From a virus, in IMG/VR virus record IMGVR_UViG_3300012324_000001: a DNA stretch of 14,834 bases. One strand, written 5' to 3'. Positions within the stretch are counted from its first letter, which is position 1; every line of letters begins with the position of its first letter. Shown piece by piece: positions 14,251-14,834 of this stretch. The notes beneath the pieces were generated by a model. That model worked only from the letters and a program-made list of their open reading frames with translations. It ran no database searches and was not told the DNA's origin. The translations under genes and the position numbers were made by a program.

Positions 14251-14834
14251 GTGCCTCAGTACACGCAAAATTATAAAATTCCCTACCCCGTCGATGGCGA
14301 CCCTATTTATCAGGGCGCGGCTCAGATGAAAGCACTTGCTGAAAAGGTGGACGCCACGATGATAGGCGTCTCAGGAAAGCCCGGCCCTCAGGGTGACACG
14401 GGCCCCGCGGGCCCTCAGGGCACCCGCGGCCCGGCCGGACCCCCGGGCCCGGCTGGTCCTGAGGGCCCTCGAGGCGCTACGGGTGCTAAGGGTGACACCG
14501 GCGACCGGGGCCCCGCGGGCGAGACTGGACCCGTGGGCCCTGCTGGACCTACCGGCCCTCGAGGCGCTACGGGTGCTCAGGGCGAGCCCGGCCCCGCGGG
14601 CCCTAAGGGTGAGGCCGGAACGGGTTTCACGCTCAAGGGCTCAAAGAGTAATAAATCTGAGCTACCCAACAACGCTAAGGCTGGAGACGCCTATCTCGTA
14701 GCGGGCAATGTAATGGTGTGGTCTGGTAGCGCGTGGGAAAACGTGGGGCAGATTCAAGGCCCCGCGGGTCCTGAGGGCCCTCGAGGCGCTACAGGTGAGC
14801 AAGGCCCCACGGGTGCTCGAGGCGCTACGGGTGC
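14251..14834 (+). CDS. Collagen-like minor tail protein / tail fibre, N-terminal part. GTG start; runs off the window end and continues at nt 128. Full product ~406 aa with two Gly-X-Y blocks.
   Basis: RBS AGGAGA 14241-14246, GTG 14251, in-frame stop TGA upstream at 14230-14232. 28 Gly-X-Y triplets (14374-14625) then a linker ([46 protein letters not shown]) that runs into the second collagen block at window nt 51. The frame was checked across the 127-nt overlap: 14713 is in frame with 14251. Confidence 0.7.
   Translation, partial: MPQYTQNYKIPYPVDGDPIYQGAAQMKALAEKVDATMIGVSGKPGPQGDTGPAGPQGTRGPAGPPGPAGPEGPRGATGAKGDTGDRGPAGETGPVGPAGPTGPRGATGAQGEPGPAGPKGEAGTGFTLKGSKSNKSELPNNAKAGDAYLVAGNVMVWSGSAWENVGQIQGPAGPEGPRGATGEQGPTGARGATG
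14708..14834. repeat. Exact 127-bp terminal duplication (identical to nt 1-127), marking a circular or terminally redundant contig.
   Basis: Base-by-base identity of 14708-14834 with 1-127, ending exactly at the window end. The matching sequence is unique and non-repetitive (ATGTAATGGTGTGGTCTGGTAGCGCGTGGGAAAACGTGGGGCAG...). Confidence 0.9.

Noticed and set aside
1-14834. Integrase and attachment site (prophage or island boundaries)
   Set aside because: No tyrosine or serine recombinase motifs were found in any frame. The terminal repeat is an exact 127-bp overlap consistent with a circularised assembly, not att direct repeats flanking host DNA.

Overview
The window is one high-GC (~60%) tailed-phage genome and looks complete. 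The last 127 nt (14708-14834) exactly repeat nt 1-127, so the unique sequence is about 14,707 bp, circular or terminally redundant. The overlap equals the assembler k-mer size 127, so it may be an assembly artefact rather than a biological repeat.

All ~23 recognisable genes are on the + strand. In order they are: two small early genes, a 58-aa zinc-ribbon ORF, a 515-bp repeat-rich non-coding region, a WhiB-like Fe-S regulator (implying an actinobacterial host), an HNH endonuclease, a putative cos region, TerS and TerL, a small Cys/His ORF, a portal, an Amidase_2 endolysin with one or two holin-like membrane ORFs embedded inside the head module, a prohead-protease::major-capsid fusion gene with a (GAAGAGGAT)n acidic linker, connector and neck proteins, a small tail-tube candidate, an HK97 gp10-family protein, a tail chaperone with a -1 frameshift (GGGAAAA) giving a G-T product that ends at the tape-measure start, the tape measure, a 507-aa Dit-like tail protein, and a collagen-like (Gly-X-Y) tail fibre gene that spans the window junction.

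No integrase, repressor, replication initiator, polymerase or helicase is visible. The architecture resembles the smallest known actinobacteriophages (14-17 kb siphoviruses with fused protease-capsid genes). That resemblance is recalled from memory, not searched. No CRISPR, rRNA or tRNA was found.
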